NCBI RefSeq assembly: GCF_009834535.1
Contig: NC_045696.1
Span: 64,482,001-64,546,000 of the forward strand
From: Camelus ferus
Lineage: Eukaryota
Length of the DNA stretch: 64,000 nt
Direction of reading: 5' to 3'
Below the pieces are notes generated by a model. That model was given only the letters and a program-made list of their open reading frames with translations. It ran no database searches and had not been told where the DNA came from. Each line of letters begins with the position of its first letter. The stretch's first letter is position 1. Of the stretch, positions 62,371-64,000 are shown piece after piece. Both the position numbers and the translations under genes were made by a program.

Positions 62371-62543
62371 CAGTGTTTTAAATCTTGTATGTTCACAAGA
62401 ACTGCCTGCGGCCCTTGTTAAAATATAGATTCCAACATCCACCCCAGGTTTACTGAATCAAAGTCTCTAGCAAGGGGCCTAGGTGTAGACTTAACAAATG
62501 CACCAAGTCATTTCTTATGCTCCAGCAAGTTTGGGGAGCACTG
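62371..62543. mobile_element. MER5-family hAT MITE
   Basis: CAGTG...CACTG termini; internal CTTGTTAAAATATAGATTCC...TACTGAATCAAAGTCTC...AAGTTTGGGGAGCACTG. Confidence 0.7.
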
Positions 62544-63109
62544 TCATAGATGGTTTTCCTTGACGATTTTTCCCTCTCAGTTGGGCTTTGTAGGAGTCAT
62601 TTTGAGCATAAATTGTGATAGGAGCCGGAGGCAAGAGCATTAAAAGTGAAGTGCGGGAGCCCAGCAGAGCTGGTTTAATTAGCTGGTCTGGAACCATCTT
62701 GTCATTTCCCTTTCTCAGGCAGAGATGCTTCTGAATGCTGCCCATCCGTCCCCGCCAGGTGGCTCCTCATCTGTTATGCCATTGATCCTTTTACCGTCTC
62801 CGTGTGGTGGGCAGAACAAACATCAAACTGTATGCCATTGATTTTAAGATGCACATTTCCCTAGTTTTATATCTCTCAAATTAGTCTGCATTTGAGAACC
62901 AAAGATATATGAATTTGATGACACCTTTTTTCGGTCTTGGTGACATAGGGAGCAATGGTGCATTGGTATACTCAAAGGGCTTGAAGGTTGGATGAACTGC
63001 GATTGTTCCCTTTGTAGACAAGGCATCAGAGGGACTAAGATGGTGATGTGAGCACGGAAGACCCCTGCTAGTTGGAGCAGCCCAGTTTCAGACCCAGCGC
63101 TCTGTCCTC

Positions 63110-63625
63110 GTACTAGTTATTTGTTACTGAATAACCGATGACCCCAGCACTCAGTGGCTTAAAACAACATTGAATGTTTATTAGCTCGCATGGTTTCTTG
63201 GGGTCAGGCATTTGGGAGCGGCTTAGCTGGTGGTTCTGGCTTGGGGTCTCTCATGAAGTAGCAGGTAAGGTGTTGGCTGGATCTGCCGTCCCCTGAAAGC
63301 TTGGCTGCGCCTGGAGGGTCCACTCGCAAAGCTGGCTTCTCGCCTGGAGGGTGAGTGGTGCTGGGAGACTTCTGTTTATCCCCAGGTGGGCTTCTCTACA
63401 AGCTCTTGAAAGTGCCCCCAACATAGTGATGGGCTCCCCCAGTGCAAGTGGTGCAAGGAGCCAATCTGGGGCAATGTCGCAGTGGCTGTTCTGACTTCAC
63501 CTCGGAAGCCTCACATGCTCGTATTTGCCACCTGGACCAACCGTGACTCAGTGTTCGCGGGGACCACGCAAGGGCGTGAATATCAGAAAGTGAGGGTCGT
63601 CAGGTCGGGCTGTTTCCTTCACACC
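63110..63625. mobile_element. MaLR solo LTR (MLT1G/H-like)
   Basis: CTCAGTGGCTTAAAACAAC...GGGTCAGGCATTTGGGAGCGGCTTAGCTGG...GGTCTCTCATGAAG. Confidence 0.8.
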
Positions 63626-64000
63626 GCGCTGCTTCTCCAATATAGTTTTGTCCTGATCCGCCTTGTCCTGATCTCATATTCTCAGGTCAGGTCCTTAAAT
63701 TCAACGAAAACTCTCTGGGGTTTATATTCCATTCGAGCACTTCTGAAAGTCTAATGTGCTGCCACATTCCCTGCGCCCCCTGTGGAAACACAGGCTCTGC
63801 TTCAGTCAGTCTAGAATGCATTCTAACGAGCTCTCGTCTACTGCCCTCACTCCTGGTCCAGGAAGCACCCTCTTGGTAGGAAAGCGAGCAGAGCCGGGCA
63901 GGCCTCGGGTGGCCCTCTCTGCAGGGCTGCACTGCGACCAGAATGGCTCTCTCCTTGAGGGGTGCTCGCCTCCTCCTCTAATTTTGGCAGAGAAACAAAT

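Noticed and set aside
10410..63550. Scattered AP-1 TGA(C/G)TCA sites
   Set aside because: About a dozen seen, close to chance expectation for a 7-mer in 64 kb, and not clustered.

Overview
This is mammalian nuclear DNA, not prokaryotic. It is most likely camelid (alpaca/llama/camel), based on three copies of a tRNA-derived SINE that resembles the camelid Vic-1 type and on artiodactyl-type L1 3' ends. I found no credible protein-coding exon, functional RNA gene or CRISPR array. The ORF track is noise except for two L1 ORF2 C-terminal remnants. The window reads as one repeat-rich non-coding stretch, probably an intron of a large + strand gene that I cannot name. It contains ancient L2 and MIR elements, MaLR/ERVL solo LTRs, hAT (MER5/MER102-like) MITEs, L1 3' fragments with target-site duplications (TSDs), microsatellites, and repeat-free islands that look like enhancers or alternative promoters. 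The most unusual structures are: a ~275-bp fold-back element built from alternating sub-repeats (36.6-36.9 kb); a candidate 35-nt cryptic exon whose donor sits in a hairpin with a U1-mimicking sequence (55.76-55.82 kb); a six-fold CAGCTG E-box cluster (1.5-1.8 kb); two CpG-retaining promoter-like islands (~30 and ~32.3 kb); and an AT-rich palindrome fused to a (TA)n tract (57.8 kb). I see no convincing new biological system. Repeat family names come from recalled consensus motifs, and boundaries of old repeats are approximate.
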